Origin: Sphaerodactylus townsendi | Lineage: Eukaryota | Direction: 5' to 3' | Assembly: GCF_021028975.2 (NCBI RefSeq) | Contig: NC_059430.1 | Coordinates: forward strand, 107,942,001-108,006,000 | Length of the DNA: 64,000 nucleotides | In this document: positions 12,851 through 25,438 of the stretch, piece by piece | Position numbering within the stretch: position 1 is the first letter of the stretch | How the letters are laid out: the number at the start of each line of letters is the position of its first letter | Made by a program: the position numbers and the translations under genes | Notes under the pieces: model-generated | Databases searched by the model: none | The model's input: only the letters and a program-made list of their open reading frames with translations | Told to the model about the DNA's origin: nothing

Positions 12851-13869
12851 GTCGTGGGGGGGGGGGGAGGGGTGGGGAAGTGCCTGCTTGGCAGGATGCT
12901 ATCACCCCGTGACAGCCCCCAAAATCACTCAAATGTTATTTGGTATATCGGAGGGGGGGGGGGTTCTTATGCACTCATGCAGTGGTTTCTTACATACCTT
13001 TAAATGTGGATGGGACACAGTGCTCTGCCCAGTATTGGCCAAAAGTTTTTACTTTGTATAGCACAATGTGCTTGCCATGTTGCTCACTGTACCAACTCCT
13101 TTCCAAAGTTAAACAAAAGGGGTGGGTGTCCTGCTTGGTTTTCTGCAGTTGCTGTGGATCCGCCAATTCGAGGGTGGGGGGAGCCAATCAGGATGCAGCA
13201 CACTGAGGATGTTCGAGCATGCAGGCTGTATCTGTGTTGCAAAAACAAAAAAAGTTGGATTTGTGTGAAAAAAATCAGAGTATTTCCTCCTGGTCTTAAT
13301 TCCTTCAGGGAAATGGGCACCCATGTGAAGGGAGAAACTGAGATAAAACAGACCCGGATTTTTAAATAGCAAATGTAACCCAGTATTATTATGTTTTGCA
13401 GAATCGACCTCAGTTAAGATTAGACTGAACACCTATTCACACTTCATTAACAATAACTTTACTAGAAATCAAAGAAACTCCACAGAAATCTGCCATCAGC
13501 TGACTATAAAGACTTTCCATTTCTACCAATAAGGCTTATGGGAGAGGGTTAAAATTTAACTACGAAGGTTTACAGGTTTGGGAGAAAGAATTTCCAGTGT
13601 TGGGAACTTCTCTCTGCATATTAATTGAATAGGTGCAAGCATCCACACAAACAGAACCCACCAGGGTTCGGAGGGCCTTGCCCCATCTTTCCTCTTCACC
13701 CAGCAAGATTTGCTTAGCTTTCAAAAGAGAATTTGAACAAATCCTGACAGGAGCAAGTAGGATAAAGATATGTTTTCTATGATCCTTCCCAATTTTGGAA
13801 GTGACAATTAACAGGACTTTTAAAGCAACTGCAGATAACCCAAGAATTAATATGCTTCATTTTCATTTA

Positions 13870-14430
13870 ACCTTCCTGACCTTCATGAATTTCTCTCTCC
13901 CTGTTAAAGCTGTCTGTGCTAGCAGTCATGTCTACATCCTGTGGCAAAAAATTCCACACGTCAATTACCCTTTAAATGAAGAAATACTTCATTTTTTCTA
14001 TCCTGTATCTATTGCTTTACTGGGTACCTCTGAATTAGTTATTGGAAAGGGAGAAAGGACATTCTCTGTCCTCTTTTTCCATCCCAGACATGATTTTTCA
14101 AAAAATAACAACAACCTCTATCACGATCCTCTTTAGTCACCCTTCTTGTAAACTGAAAAGCCCCAGACTCTTCGTCCTGACCTTCGTCCTGACCCCTTAT
14201 TCTTCCTTATTGTCCTCTTATGTACTTCTTCCAGCTGTGCAAAATCTCTCTCTTTTTTTAGATATGACAGCCAAGATTGTACAGTTTTCAAAATGAAGTT
14301 GCACTATACAGGGTCATTACTATGTCGACCATTTTATTTCCAGTTTCTTTCCTGATAAGCCCCAGTAGGGAATTTGCCACATCAGAACCAATATTTTCAT
14401 CAAGTTACTGCTACAACCTCAAGTTTTCTT
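13870..14430 (-). mobile_element. Old degenerate CR1 LINE fragment
   Basis: Degenerate similarity to the young CR1 at 38747-39535 (e.g. CTGTGGCA..AAATTCCA, AAACTGAAAAGCCCCAGAC). Confidence 0.55.
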
Positions 14431-15292
14431 TCCTTCTCAGCTACTGACCTTTTAGACCCCATTGCTACATATTTAGACAGGATATTTTCCCAAAATGTGA
14501 ATCACTTATGCACGCTGAAATTGTATCATTGCGCTTTCTTCTTCCCATTTCTGTAAATCTTGTCAAATTTGCCTTTTATTATCTTTCTGCATACACAAAT
14601 TAGCATTTTTAAACCAGAAGAACTGACAAAATGTTCACGTCAACACAGATTAATAATAAAAATGGGCCCATCTCGATAGTATTATTTACTAATGTCTTTG
14701 GGGAAATGCATTACATTACATGCTTTCCATAATGACCACTAGCCTCTTTTAATTATGGACTACAGTCTGGGGGAGGGGGAAGTTTATTTAGAGGAGATTT
14801 TCAGCATCCCGAAATGCAGCAACCTTTCAATCTGGATTAGCAAGGACCTGCATTCCTCCGTCTTCAGAGAGAATGCTTCAGGCATCCTGGAGTTCTTCCA
14901 TCAACAGTTCATCACTTCATCAGGCTAGAATATCACTCTCAAGCACACACTCTGTCACAGTTCAGCTCTGTTTGACAAAGCCTCATTGGTAATGCTCATA
15001 TCTGCCCCTCTGAGAGCCCAGAGCGGGTCTTGCTTCTCATTATTGCAAAGCCCTATTCATCACCAGTCCAAATTACTGACTAGAAACTGTTCAAAGTTTG
15101 CTCGCAGACAAAGCAAGGCACGTGGGCAGCATACCTTGAGAAAGGAGACAGCTCCCCACACCAAATAGTGGCCAAATCCCCTAGCTCAAAAAGAGAAATG
15201 CCATCTTTAGCAAAATGAGGGGGGAAAGGAGATAGCAGGCGGTTGTCCCTCAGATTGGGCTGTCTTGGATGGGCTATCATCTTTCTCTCTCA

Positions 15293-15590
15293 GAAGAAGA
15301 GTTTGGCTTTATACCCTGTTTTTCTTAACTGTAAAAAGTCTCAAAGCAGTTTACGAGACCCTTCCATTCCTCTCCCTATAACAGACACCTGGTGAGGTAG
15401 GTGGGGCTGAGAGAGTTCTGAGAGAACTGTGACAATCCCAAGGCCGCCCAGCAGGCTTCATGCGTAGGAGCAGCTAAACAAGACAAGTTCACCAGATAAG
15501 AGTCTACCACTCATGTGGGGGAGTGGGGAATCAAACCTGGTTTGCCAGATCAGAGTCTACTGTTCTTAACCACTATGCCCCACTAGCTCA
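15293..15590 (-). mobile_element. CORE-type tRNA SINE
   Basis: Matches the family consensus seen in this window. Confidence 0.85.
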
Positions 15591-15660
15591 CAAGGGATAA
15601 GAACATCCTATGGCTCACTGGAAATAGAAATTCGATGAACTGCAAGCAGAGGAAATCTCC

Positions 15661-15804
15661 NNNNNNNNNNNNNNNNNNNNNNNNNNNNNNNNNNNNNNNN
15701 NNNNNNNNNNNNNNNNNNNNNNNNNNNNNNNNNNNNNNNNNNNNNNNNNNNNNNNNNNNNNNNNNNNNNNNNNNNNNNNNNNNNNNNNNNNNNNNNNNNN
15801 NNNN
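15661..15804. other. Assembly gap
   Basis: Run of N. Confidence 1.
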
Positions 15805-16075
15805 ACTTTCTCAACCGTAAAGAGTCTCAAAGCAGCTTACGAACTCCTTCCCTTCCTCTCCTCACAACAGACATCTTGTGAGGTAGGTGAGGCTCCGAGA
15901 GTTCTGAAAGAACTAACAACCCCAAGGTCACCCAGAATGCTGCACGTGTAGGAGCAGGGAAACAAACCTGGTTCTTCAGATTAGAGTCCGCAGCTCATGT
16001 GGAGGAGCAGGGAACCAAGCCTGGTTCTCTAGATTAGAGTCCACTGCTCTTAACTACTACACCGCACAGGTTCTC
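15805..16075 (-). mobile_element. CORE-type tRNA SINE
   Basis: Matches the family consensus. Confidence 0.85.
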
Positions 16076-16943
16076 TTGATCCCCCCCCCCCAAATTTGAC
16101 CCATAAAATTGGTTTTTCGCTAGAAAAAAAATTTGCTTCTTTGGGCCTAGCAGGTAAGCAAAACCACACATGTATTTACAATCCCATTCCAACCATTTTT
16201 GGATGTTTGAGAAAACATTTTAGGTGTTCAGGAGAAAACGGCCAATCTCAGATTAGGAAATTCTTGGAAATTTGGGGGCAGCACCTGAGGAGGGAGGAAT
16301 TTGGAATGGGGAGGGAGCTCAATGTAGCTGATGTGATACCATAGAGCTGGCCGTGCTAAGCAGACTGGAGAGCAGCTGAAATCCCTAGAGAATTCCATGC
16401 CTCGTAGGGAGACTGGTTACCTTGTTCAGGACAGCTGACGGCAACTTCTAAGCAAATTGAATTGGAAAAGAGAGCTGGCCAAGCCTCCTTGCCTCTTTCC
16501 ACTACACTGGACACAAGAGACTTGAAAAAAACAGGTCCTTCAGCATAAACACTGGCCTCCATTTTTATTTGCCTTCCAAAACGTCATGGCAGCCCCAGAT
16601 AGTGGTTTTATGGAAAGACTGCTTTTATTCTGAGGAGACTAGCATTATATTCAGAGACACCCTGCTTATTTACCTAAAAGATGACAGGAATTGAAATTTT
16701 TGTTGCACTTCTGGGTTGATAAATCTATTTTATAAAACATCACTACATATGAACACAAAGGACAAAAGAAATACATTACTGGATCACTCAAAACATTTCC
16801 TTTTCACAACGTGCTGTGATTAAAAGTGGTGCGTGACTTATACCTTTTCAAATCCAGGTTGTGATATTCCTAGAGATTTGGGGGTGTTAGAACTGGGGTA
16901 GGCAGGGTTTGGAGAGGGGAAGGACCTCAGAAGCACCCTAGAG

Positions 16944-17080
16944 CAGTGGTGGTGAACCTTTGGCACTCCAGATGTTATGGACTACAATTCCCATCAGCCC
17001 CTGCCAGCATGGCCAATTGGCAGGGGCTGATGGGAATTGTAGTCCATAACATCTGGAGTGCCAAAGGTTCACCACCACAG
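16944..17080. mobile_element. Palindromic hAT-type MITE
   Basis: Near-perfect hairpin element; 8-bp TSD CCCTAGAG. Relatives at 8565, 23073, 44045, 52007, 58091. Confidence 0.9.
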
Positions 17081-17199
17081 CCCTAGAGCCCACCCTCCAA
17101 AGCAGCCATTTTCTCCAGAGGATCTGATCTCTGTAGTCTGGAGATCAGTTATAATTTCGAGATCTTCTGGAGGTGGGCAACCCCAGTAGGCACCCGAGC

Positions 17200-17676
17200 A
17201 CTTCCTGTCAGGGCTTATCTGTGCTGCTTGAAATAAAAATGACTCCACAAAATGTTCTGTATTCTTTTCCACGATCCAGGTTTTACCGCACAATTTTGAA
17301 GCCAGAAATGCAAAAATTTTGGAAGATTCTGAAACTACGGGAGAAAGTTCCTGTAGACTAGACTAAACTAGGAGGTGAGAATAGTCAGGAACTAGACAAT
17401 ACAATATACGGTCGGATGATATGTGCTGCACTCTCACAATGGGAAGCCCAAAACTGTCACCAGCTTTTGAAATTCTGTAAGCCACTGACCAACACATTAA
17501 GCCTCGCTGCAACTATATGGGTTAGAAACCTTCCTTTTTTAAATGAAGCTATTCTTTTCTTGTTTATTAAAGACCATGGTTTTTTAAAGGGAACTAAGGT
17601 TGTTTTCTCTGTAGCAAACGAAGTAATAAAAAAAAGTTATAAAAAAAGAAATGGAAAAGTTGTTTCCATGTCCTAA
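17200..17676 (+). pseudogene. Decayed virus-like ORF A
   Basis: Track ORFs 17173-17361 and 17416-17676 are in one frame separated by a single TAG: ...FWKILKLREKVPVD*TKLGGENSQELDNTIYGRMICAALSQWEAQNCHQLLKFC... Confidence 0.55.
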
Positions 17677-17790
17677 TTTCACACATAAGTGCCCAGAATA
17701 TCTGCAGGCTAACTTGTGATCGCTGAGAATACTGCAGTTTACCACAGTCAAATCTTTTTCTCATAATGGGAAGGAAGATTATAGGAATAG

Positions 17791-18186
17791 TTGACACATG
17801 TATGGAATACTGTTTTTGGCACGCACTGTAATGAATGTTCAGCTACTGGCAGAGAGAGAAAGAGACTCGTGCTTGCTGGCTTGAAAGACTGGCAACAATG
17901 TCAGTTGTGTATTATTCAGAGAAGTCAGTCCAATTACACCTCTGAGAATATTTGGGATACCTGCTTCAAATCAACGGGAAACATTTATTTGACTAGACAA
18001 AAACAGGCGTTGGCAAGGGCAGGGGGTGCAATAATACGGAAAAAATGGTTAGACTGTGCACCCTGGGAGGACACGGGAATGAGGTTTTAGCCATACTTCT
18101 TCGATACTCTCCAGTTTAGGCAGGGCCAGAGTGAGAAAGGCTACCGATCAAGAGAGCTCTATGAATTTCTTCAAATTAAGCTGTAA
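17791..18186 (+). pseudogene. Decayed virus-like ORF B (two CxxC motifs)
   Basis: THCNEC...QQCQLC...IRKKWLDCAPWEDTGMRF*PYFFDTLQFRQGQSEKGYRSRELYEFLQIKL*; 132 codons with one internal stop. Confidence 0.55.
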
Positions 18187-18435
18187 TTTTTCCAAGGTAG
18201 AACAAACTTTGAAATGGGGGGGGGGGGGATTGAAAGGGAACAGCATAGAGTGTTTTTTTTTTAAAAAAAGCAGCCTTGAAAAATTTCTAATAGCCAATTG
18301 CTAATAGAAAAATTTCTAATAGAAAATAAAAAATTTCTAATGAAAAATTTCTAATAGCCAAATTATTAAATTTTGATAATGCAAAAGAAGAGCCAGTATC
18401 AAACTAGAACTTTCCAGACCGCTACACAGGAGCTT

Positions 18436-18739
18436 CAGTGGTATAGTGGTTAAGAGTAGGTGCATTCTAATCTGGAGGAACCGGGTTTGATTCCCAGCTC
18501 TGCCGCCTGAGCTGTGGAGGCTTTATCTGGGGAATTCAGATTAGCCTGTACACTCCCCACACATGCCAGCTGGGTGACCTTGGGCTAGTCACAGTTGTTT
18601 TTGGAGCCTCTGTAGCCCCACCCACCTCACAGGGCAGGGTGTTTGCTGTGAGGGGGGCGCAAGGTGCAAGAGATTGTAAGCCCCTTTGAGTCTCCTACAG
18701 GAGAGAAAGGGGGGATATAAATCCAAACTCTTCTTCTTC
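18436..18739 (+). mobile_element. CORE-type tRNA SINE, young subfamily
   Basis: Full length; near-identical to 48035-48336. Confidence 0.9.
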
Positions 18740-19146
18740 CCCCTCTTTTTGGTGAAAGGGAAGTCCATAGTTGAAGATGAGAGGGTGAGAATACCTGTTA
18801 AGCTCATGGTTTACTGATCCAACTTAACAAATCTTGAGACAACTTAAATGTAACAGTTTTATTGCTCATGAGCCCCATTTACTGCAAAAGCCTCATTCAT
18901 CAGATGAAGAAAATGGATGTTTTGTTTTGCTTTTTAATTTATACATCTACTGCATGCCTCTACCTGGCTTCAGGGGCATGAGGGGGAAAGCATCATTTTG
19001 CAAACTGCTATTCAAAGAAATGTTTCACTGAACTAATCTTTTAACTTATCATTGTTTTCCAGGGTTTTTCGGGTTTTTTGCGCGAAGGGGTTTTCACTGA
19101 AAGGTAAAGCAATGTGACTCAAGAATGCTCAGAAAACAGGACTTAC

Positions 19147-19291
19147 TCCACCTCTTTTTGCCAAACTATTAGATTTTTTTTCTCCCATAATTCAATATAT
19201 ACTGGATAAAATGCCTGCAACAAGTTCGGGATTTGTTGGACTAGTAAATAGACAAGACCTTGAAAAAACTGACACGACATCCCTGCAATGC
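19147..19291 (-). ncRNA. Putative internal exon (145 nt) of minus-strand transcript
   Basis: Strong acceptor CTTTTTTTTTGTTCTTGACAG| and donor GA|GTAAGT. One open frame (IAGMSCQFFQGLVYLL...WQKEVE) that I cannot assign to a known protein. Confidence 0.5.
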
Positions 19292-21094
19292 CTGTCAAGA
19301 ACAAAAAAAAAGTTATAATATTGATTGGAGTCAGAGAGTGTCTATTTTGTATTAAATCAGATGATGTGTGGGCATTTGAACTCATTCCTAAACATCAAAC
19401 TAGTCTGCAAGCCAGCAATATAAAAATACTTACTCTGACCCTACCTTTGGGAACAATCCTGGCTGTATAACAGACAAGGAGTGGCTGTAAAACTCATCTT
19501 AACCATTTGGAGAGATATGGAAAACACTTTGCTATTGTTAAGCATGAATCCTGGACAGCCTCCAAAAACAAACCTGATAAAATCCTAGTCATCACGTCAC
19601 AACAGATGTATTTACTCTCATTTTTATTAGTCACCTCTGAAATACTTCCTCCAGCTCTGTATGCAGAGATTCCTTTCCCAGCCCCAGTTTCTAGCTTCAA
19701 GAGCACTTGAACCAGCAACGATATTTGTGACTCTCCTTCTTCAAACAGAAAACAGTTATCCGTGCTAGAACAAAGCCACAGCATATCAGCTGCTTTTCAA
19801 GAGAGGTTATGTATTTTAGTATAAGTAGCAAAAGAAAAGGGATATCGACACCATGTAACTTACAAATGGTGCATGCATGTATTCCCCTTCATCAGGCATC
19901 TGGCAGTTTCAGAATCATTGGGGACGGAGGGATTTGCACATAATTAATTACTGAAGGAGCATTAAATTATTGTGGAAGACCTGGCTACTACATACATATT
20001 CCTATATAAAAATACCATAAATGCAGTTAAAGGAATTCCAGAGTTAACTAGCTCAAATAAATTATCCTCCTCCCCTAAGGTGATTGAGCCACATGAATTG
20101 ATACAGAAGATGGGCTGTTTTGGATTGTGAAGGAACAGAATCACAAGCCTTTCCTTTTCCTTCAGGCTGGCCCCTGGGAAACCCTGCAGCTGCCAAAAGT
20201 CTGTACTTGGTGATGCCGCTCCTTCCCCTGATGCCCCAAGGCTGCCCAAAACAAACTGAATTAACAACCAGCCCTACCAGTGACTTGGAGTGTCTTTTGC
20301 TAAACAGAGTTGGGAGTCTAGCACTCTGTACCTGTGTCGCCATTCAGAGACTCTGCCCCTTTCCATACAAACCTTTTAAAGCATTTTGAGGCAAACATTT
20401 CCTCCACGGAGTTCAGCATTGTTTTTACCCCCAAACATGTCCTGATTTAACAGTATACTATCTAGTCATAGGTCAGAAGTGACTGGATAATACTTAACAG
20501 AACACACGTCTAGTCATTTAGTCCTTAGAAGTCTCTGTCCCTTTTAATGTGACATTCTAGAAGGGTGTGAGTTAGTAAATGGTAGTCTCACCATTAGCCA
20601 GGCTCTTTGGGATATGAATGCCCTAAAGGACTGGACACTTGAGCTTGACGGCTCATCCCTCACCCCCTTTCCTGCCAGTTTGGAATTTGCAGTTGGGTTT
20701 CCATACAGACTGTGCATTAATGATTGAAACGCTGGGATGCGTTCATTTGTGGAAGGCATTTCTCCAGACGGAGAACAGCCTACGCTGCATAATCCGGTCA
20801 ATGTCTTTGTAAAGCTAATAAAACAATGAGCACAAAAATGAGAGTATTTCTATATTCTTAATGTTTTCCATGCTGCACCTGATATAACCATAAACAGAAA
20901 TTACTAAAAACATACCTCCAACTAAGCCCGCCTCTGGCACATTACCCTTCCTTGCTTTCCTTGTACTACATTGATGAATGGATCCAGAAAAAGGAAGGAA
21001 ATAATCAGACTCAAAAAGAAAGGTCCTGACCTCTTGATGCTGACTGGAGTGAGAACAGTTTAACTCCTCATCTAATGACCCCACCCCACCCCCT

Positions 21095-21270
21095 CGGGCC
21101 TGGATAGCCCATGCTGGTCCAATCTCACCAGATCTCAGAAGCTAAGTCGGATCAGTCCTGGATAGTGTTTGGATGAGAGACCGCCAGGGAATACCAGGAT
21201 TATGTCACAGAGGCAGGCCACCTGGGAACATCTCTTCCCTTGAAAACTCTGCAAGTTGTGACTTTGACAG
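21095..21270 (+). mobile_element. 5S rRNA-derived SINE
   Basis: GATCTCAGAAGCTAAG...TTTGGATGAGAGACCGCCAGGGAATACC resembles the 5S internal control region, followed by a non-5S tail. Confidence 0.75.
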
Positions 21271-22484
21271 CAAAAAGGAAAAGCCCCCCGCCCCCTGCCC
21301 CCCACCCCCACCCCCAACAAATGTATCTAGCTAAGATTTAAAATGGATCAACGTATTTGCTCCCATGGCTATAGAAACAAGTTAACATTCCATTCTGATA
21401 ACATCTGAATCTTACTTCATAAAAAGTATGTATCCATTTGGGCTATGATCCCAAGTACATTTCCTAGGAAGGAAGTTGTAACCATCCGTAATTGCTGAAA
21501 GTTAGAATACTTCTTTGCAATTAGATGCCATTGCAGAACAACATTACCATGGGTCAGTTTCAGCTACTTTCCACAACTCCAATTATGTTGGTTGGAACCA
21601 GCTGGCTTAATGTATTTTATGTTCCATGTGTGGGATCTGAACATTAAAAGTGTAAGGCTCAATGCGGTTATAGTGTGAGAGTGCTCAGCAACCCAGCTTA
21701 CTGGGAGTTCTGTTAAAAGGACTATAAGCATTTTTATTTCTCTGAAAACCAGGCACATGGGAACCTAGTCTGTTTTCCCACAAAGCCACTATTTGCCCAG
21801 ATGGGAAAACAGATGGGTATCAACATGGATACATGCATATTTGCATCCTGAGTTATGTTCAGAGTTGGGCTAAGCAAGATTACCAAGTTATAACAAGCAC
21901 AAAAATATGACCACCCTCCAGCCCTACCCTAAAATTCAGACTTTATGCTCCATAGTGTAAATCAAGAGTGAAATAGGCTCCATAGTCCCCCACACACACA
22001 TTTGGTCCCTGAACCTGTCTAACAGATCCATCAATTGGAAGTCTTCCTCATCCCTACAACTACAAATGACCTTTACTGGCATGTGTAAATATTTAAAACT
22101 TTATAAAACATTGGGATAGAGAATGCCTTTGCTAGAAACTTAGCCACATCTTTGGTTCTTCTTGGATTGTGATCATGGTCTTGTCCAGATTGTGAGTTTT
22201 AAGTGGATCAGTATTCAGATGGGGATCACCTAGACTTTTCTTAGGAGTTTTCATGCTGGTACAGTATAGCAAGATGTGTGCTATAGTTTCTTTTTGCTTG
22301 TCAGGGCAATGGCATAATCTGTCCTTTGATGGGATCTTCCTCTTCCCTTTTTGGTGATTTGAAGATTACTACAGCTTGAGTGCTAAGGACACTCAAGGCT
22401 AAGAACTTGGGAAACCTGGACATCCTACATGTCCCATGCTCACAGGATGCTACAAACCAGTATTCTATGCTCTAGGGAATCATG

Positions 22485-22690
22485 CACATGAACACATAAA
22501 GCTATTGTACACTGAGACCATTTGATCTAGCAAGTTCAGGACAGTCTATTCTTACGAGCAAGAGATCTCCAGGATCTCAAGCTGATGTCTCTTATATCAT
22601 CTACAGTCTGATCCTATACTCAACATGTTAAAGATTGAACCCAGGTCCTTCTGCATGCCAAGCAGATATTCTACTACTGAGCCAAGTCCC
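22485..22690 (-). mobile_element. tRNA-Ala-derived SINE (Squam3-like)
   Basis: GATTGAACCCAGGTCCTTCTGCATGCCAAGCAGAT...CTACTGAGCCA head; CATGAACACAT tail. Relatives at 29110, 47205, 54005. Confidence 0.7.
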
Positions 22691-23390
22691 CACCCTGAAG
22701 GATAGAGGCCTTACAAGAATTTTTCCCACTCCCACCATCACAAGCATGCCTATGATTTTTTAAAAAAAATTATGGTGAGGAGATACAGGAACACACTGAA
22801 GGAGGTTAACATTGCTATCCTAGGCACCCTGGAATAGGACTAACTTAAGGTAAGTACCAGTAAGCCTATTTAAAATTTACTTGCCTACATTCCACCATCT
22901 GAAACCTTCCACCAGTCTACAGAGTCTTCCTTCAACTCAAGTGACTCTTCTACTAGAGAAAGGCTTCAAACTTTGCTAGGGGAAATGGTAGGAATCATTC
23001 CTTTTAACTTAGTCCTTTAAATCAAACAGGAATTTAAATCCAGGTAGTCTTTTGGCCAAATAGTCCAGGTCGCAGGGGTCTGCAACCTGCGGCTCTCCAG
23101 ATTTTCATGGACTACAATTGCCATCAGCCCCTGCCACCATGGCCAATGAACATCTGGAGAGCTGAAGTTGCAGACCCCGGTCCAGGGTGATCACAGACTG
23201 ATAACCTTCTTACTCACAACCCTGCAGAGCTAATATACCTGTAGTGCAGCATATCATCAATTACTGCAGGGAAAATGTTTTTACTTACAATCAAACTATG
23301 AACACTTAAATTCTAAATAACTTAGTTAAATATACAACATTCTATATACAGCAACTTGAATTATATATATATTAGACAATTACACTTCTG

Positions 23391-24307
23391 CACAGGCGTT
23401 CCTCCCATTGGGCAAAGTGGGCAGTTGCCCAGGGCACTGCCTTGTGGGGGGCGCAAAAACTGCAGGTTCGTTTGTGGGATTTTTTTGTATTTTCAGTGTT
23501 TTTCCGTTTTTGGCCTGCAGAGGGCGCAGTTTTTAGGCTAGTAGCACCAACATTTCAGGGATTTTTTGGGACACTCTCCTAATGATATCATCCAGGTTTG
23601 GTGAGGTTTGGTTTAGGGAGTCCAAAGTTATGGACTCCCAAAGGGAGTGCCCCCTTCCTCCATTGTTTCCAATGGGAGCTCATAGGAGATGGGGGCTACA
23701 CCTTTGAGGATCCATAACTCTAGAACTGTGAACCAAACTTCACCAAACATGGGTGGTATCATCAGTAGGGTCTCATGAAGATACTCTGAAATTTTGGTGC
23801 TGCTATCTTAATAATTGCACCCCCTGACAGCAGGCACCCCCTAAATTTCCCCCAGATTTTCCTTTAACCATCCCCTTCCTGCCAATGCTTGTTTCTTTCT
23901 TTATTCTCTCAATGCCTAATAAAAGTTATTATTATTATTAAATCCACCCCCTTTGGCATGGATTTAAAGGGAGAATCTGAGGTCCCCCAATTAAACATTG
24001 AAAGTGATGCTGTTTCCCCCAATTGGGGGGCCTGGATACAACACCATAAAATGTTTTCATAGCAGTAATAAACATTTTTGTTTTTTACTTGAAAAACAGC
24101 CAAAAAATATTTCTACTGTGTGGCATGGCCCATTGCTGTGTTCAGATTTGTGAGTTGGGGCATGTTCTATAATGTGATGGTGACTTTGAAATGACCTGGT
24201 GGAAAAAAATCATTGTTTGGTCACTGTGGGAGAGGGTGGCCACCCATGGGGCGGGACATCAAACTCAGGTTTTGCCCAGGGATCCAGTTTGCCTAGGTAC
24301 ACCACTG
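23391..24307. mobile_element. Non-autonomous hAT-like DNA transposon
   Basis: Flanked by 8-bp direct repeat CACTTCTG; internal inverted repeats (TTTGGTGAGGTTTGGTT / AACCAAACTTCACCAAA). Confidence 0.7.
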
Positions 24308-25171
24308 CACTTCTGTGACATAAGGGTAGGATTCAAAACTGGGGTGGAAAAAAGAGTGATTCACCACAGCTTTCCAAATGCCATTTTTACACCCTTCTAT
24401 GTTCATTGAATTTAATGGTCTTAGAACTATGGGTGGCACTTAGAACCATGAGTGGCACTCCCTTAAAATGAGAGGTCCCAGAGTACACTTCATACTCTCC
24501 AGAGAATGTCCAGTCCTCAGTATTCTTGGCAGAGAGATATTTAGATCCTCCCAAAGACTAGACTTCTGCTGAGAGAAGAGATGGGAATTAAGACTGTCTG
24601 GACAGTCAGCCCTCTTATGCTCAGGAGGTTTGGCAAAGGAATCTGTAGAGTCCCTTTCCACAGAAAGAGACTCAAGGGAGTCTCTTTCCACAGCAAGAGG
24701 TCCTGGGGCTTAAACATGCATAGGAACTACCTCTATTCAATCTTTCAGCCCTAATTCCACATTTTACAGGAAGTGCTTCACTAAAGTTACTCACTGATGA
24801 GGAAAAGGTGTTCCGGACATGCTCAAAGGCAGACAGTTCTCATGCAGGCAAGTTCCAGCAAGATATCTTGCAACTGATGCATAAAAACAGATACTGGGCT
24901 AAGTGACATTGGCATTCAGTTTTCTGATCTGGCCCAGCCTACCCCGGAGGCAAATTCCCCATTGCAAGCTCAGAGGCAACCCAAAAATAACGTATTCTGT
25001 TCTGATTTGTTAGTGATAACATTAAAGAAGAGAGAAACAAATTAGAAAGTAAAGGGCCCAGGGATAAAAAGGGATGAGACAGAAGAGAATGCATTTGGTC
25101 AGCAAGGGGTTAAATCATTTGGCATCATCTCACAGCTTCCCCTCCGCCCATTCCCTCTCAGGCAACCCCCT

Positions 25172-25438
25172 NNNNNNNNNNNNNNNNNNNNNNNNNNNNN
25201 NNNNNNNNNNNNNNNNNNNNNNNNNNNNNNNNNNNNNNNNNNNNNNNNNNNNNNNNNNNNNNNNNNNNNNNNNNNNNNNNNNNNNNNNNNNNNNNNNNNN
25301 NNNNNNNNNNNNNNNNNNNNNNNNNNNNNNNNNNNNNNNNNNNNNNNNNNNNNNNNNNNNNNNNNNNNNNNNNNNNNNNNNNNNNNNNNNNNNNNNNNNN
25401 NNNNNNNNNNNNNNNNNNNNNNNNNNNNNNNNNNNNNN
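25172..25438. other. Assembly gap
   Basis: Run of N. Confidence 1.

Noticed and set aside
18278-18360. Repeat-spacer/CRISPR-like array (AAAAATTTCTAAT x4)
   Set aside because: Short irregular AT-rich tandem duplication without unique spacers; eukaryotic DNA.
212-19291. Protein-coding gene model from exons at 19147-19291, ~10653-10862, ~5510 and 212-285
   Set aside because: Some phases are compatible, but the joined peptides stop early and resemble no protein I recognise.
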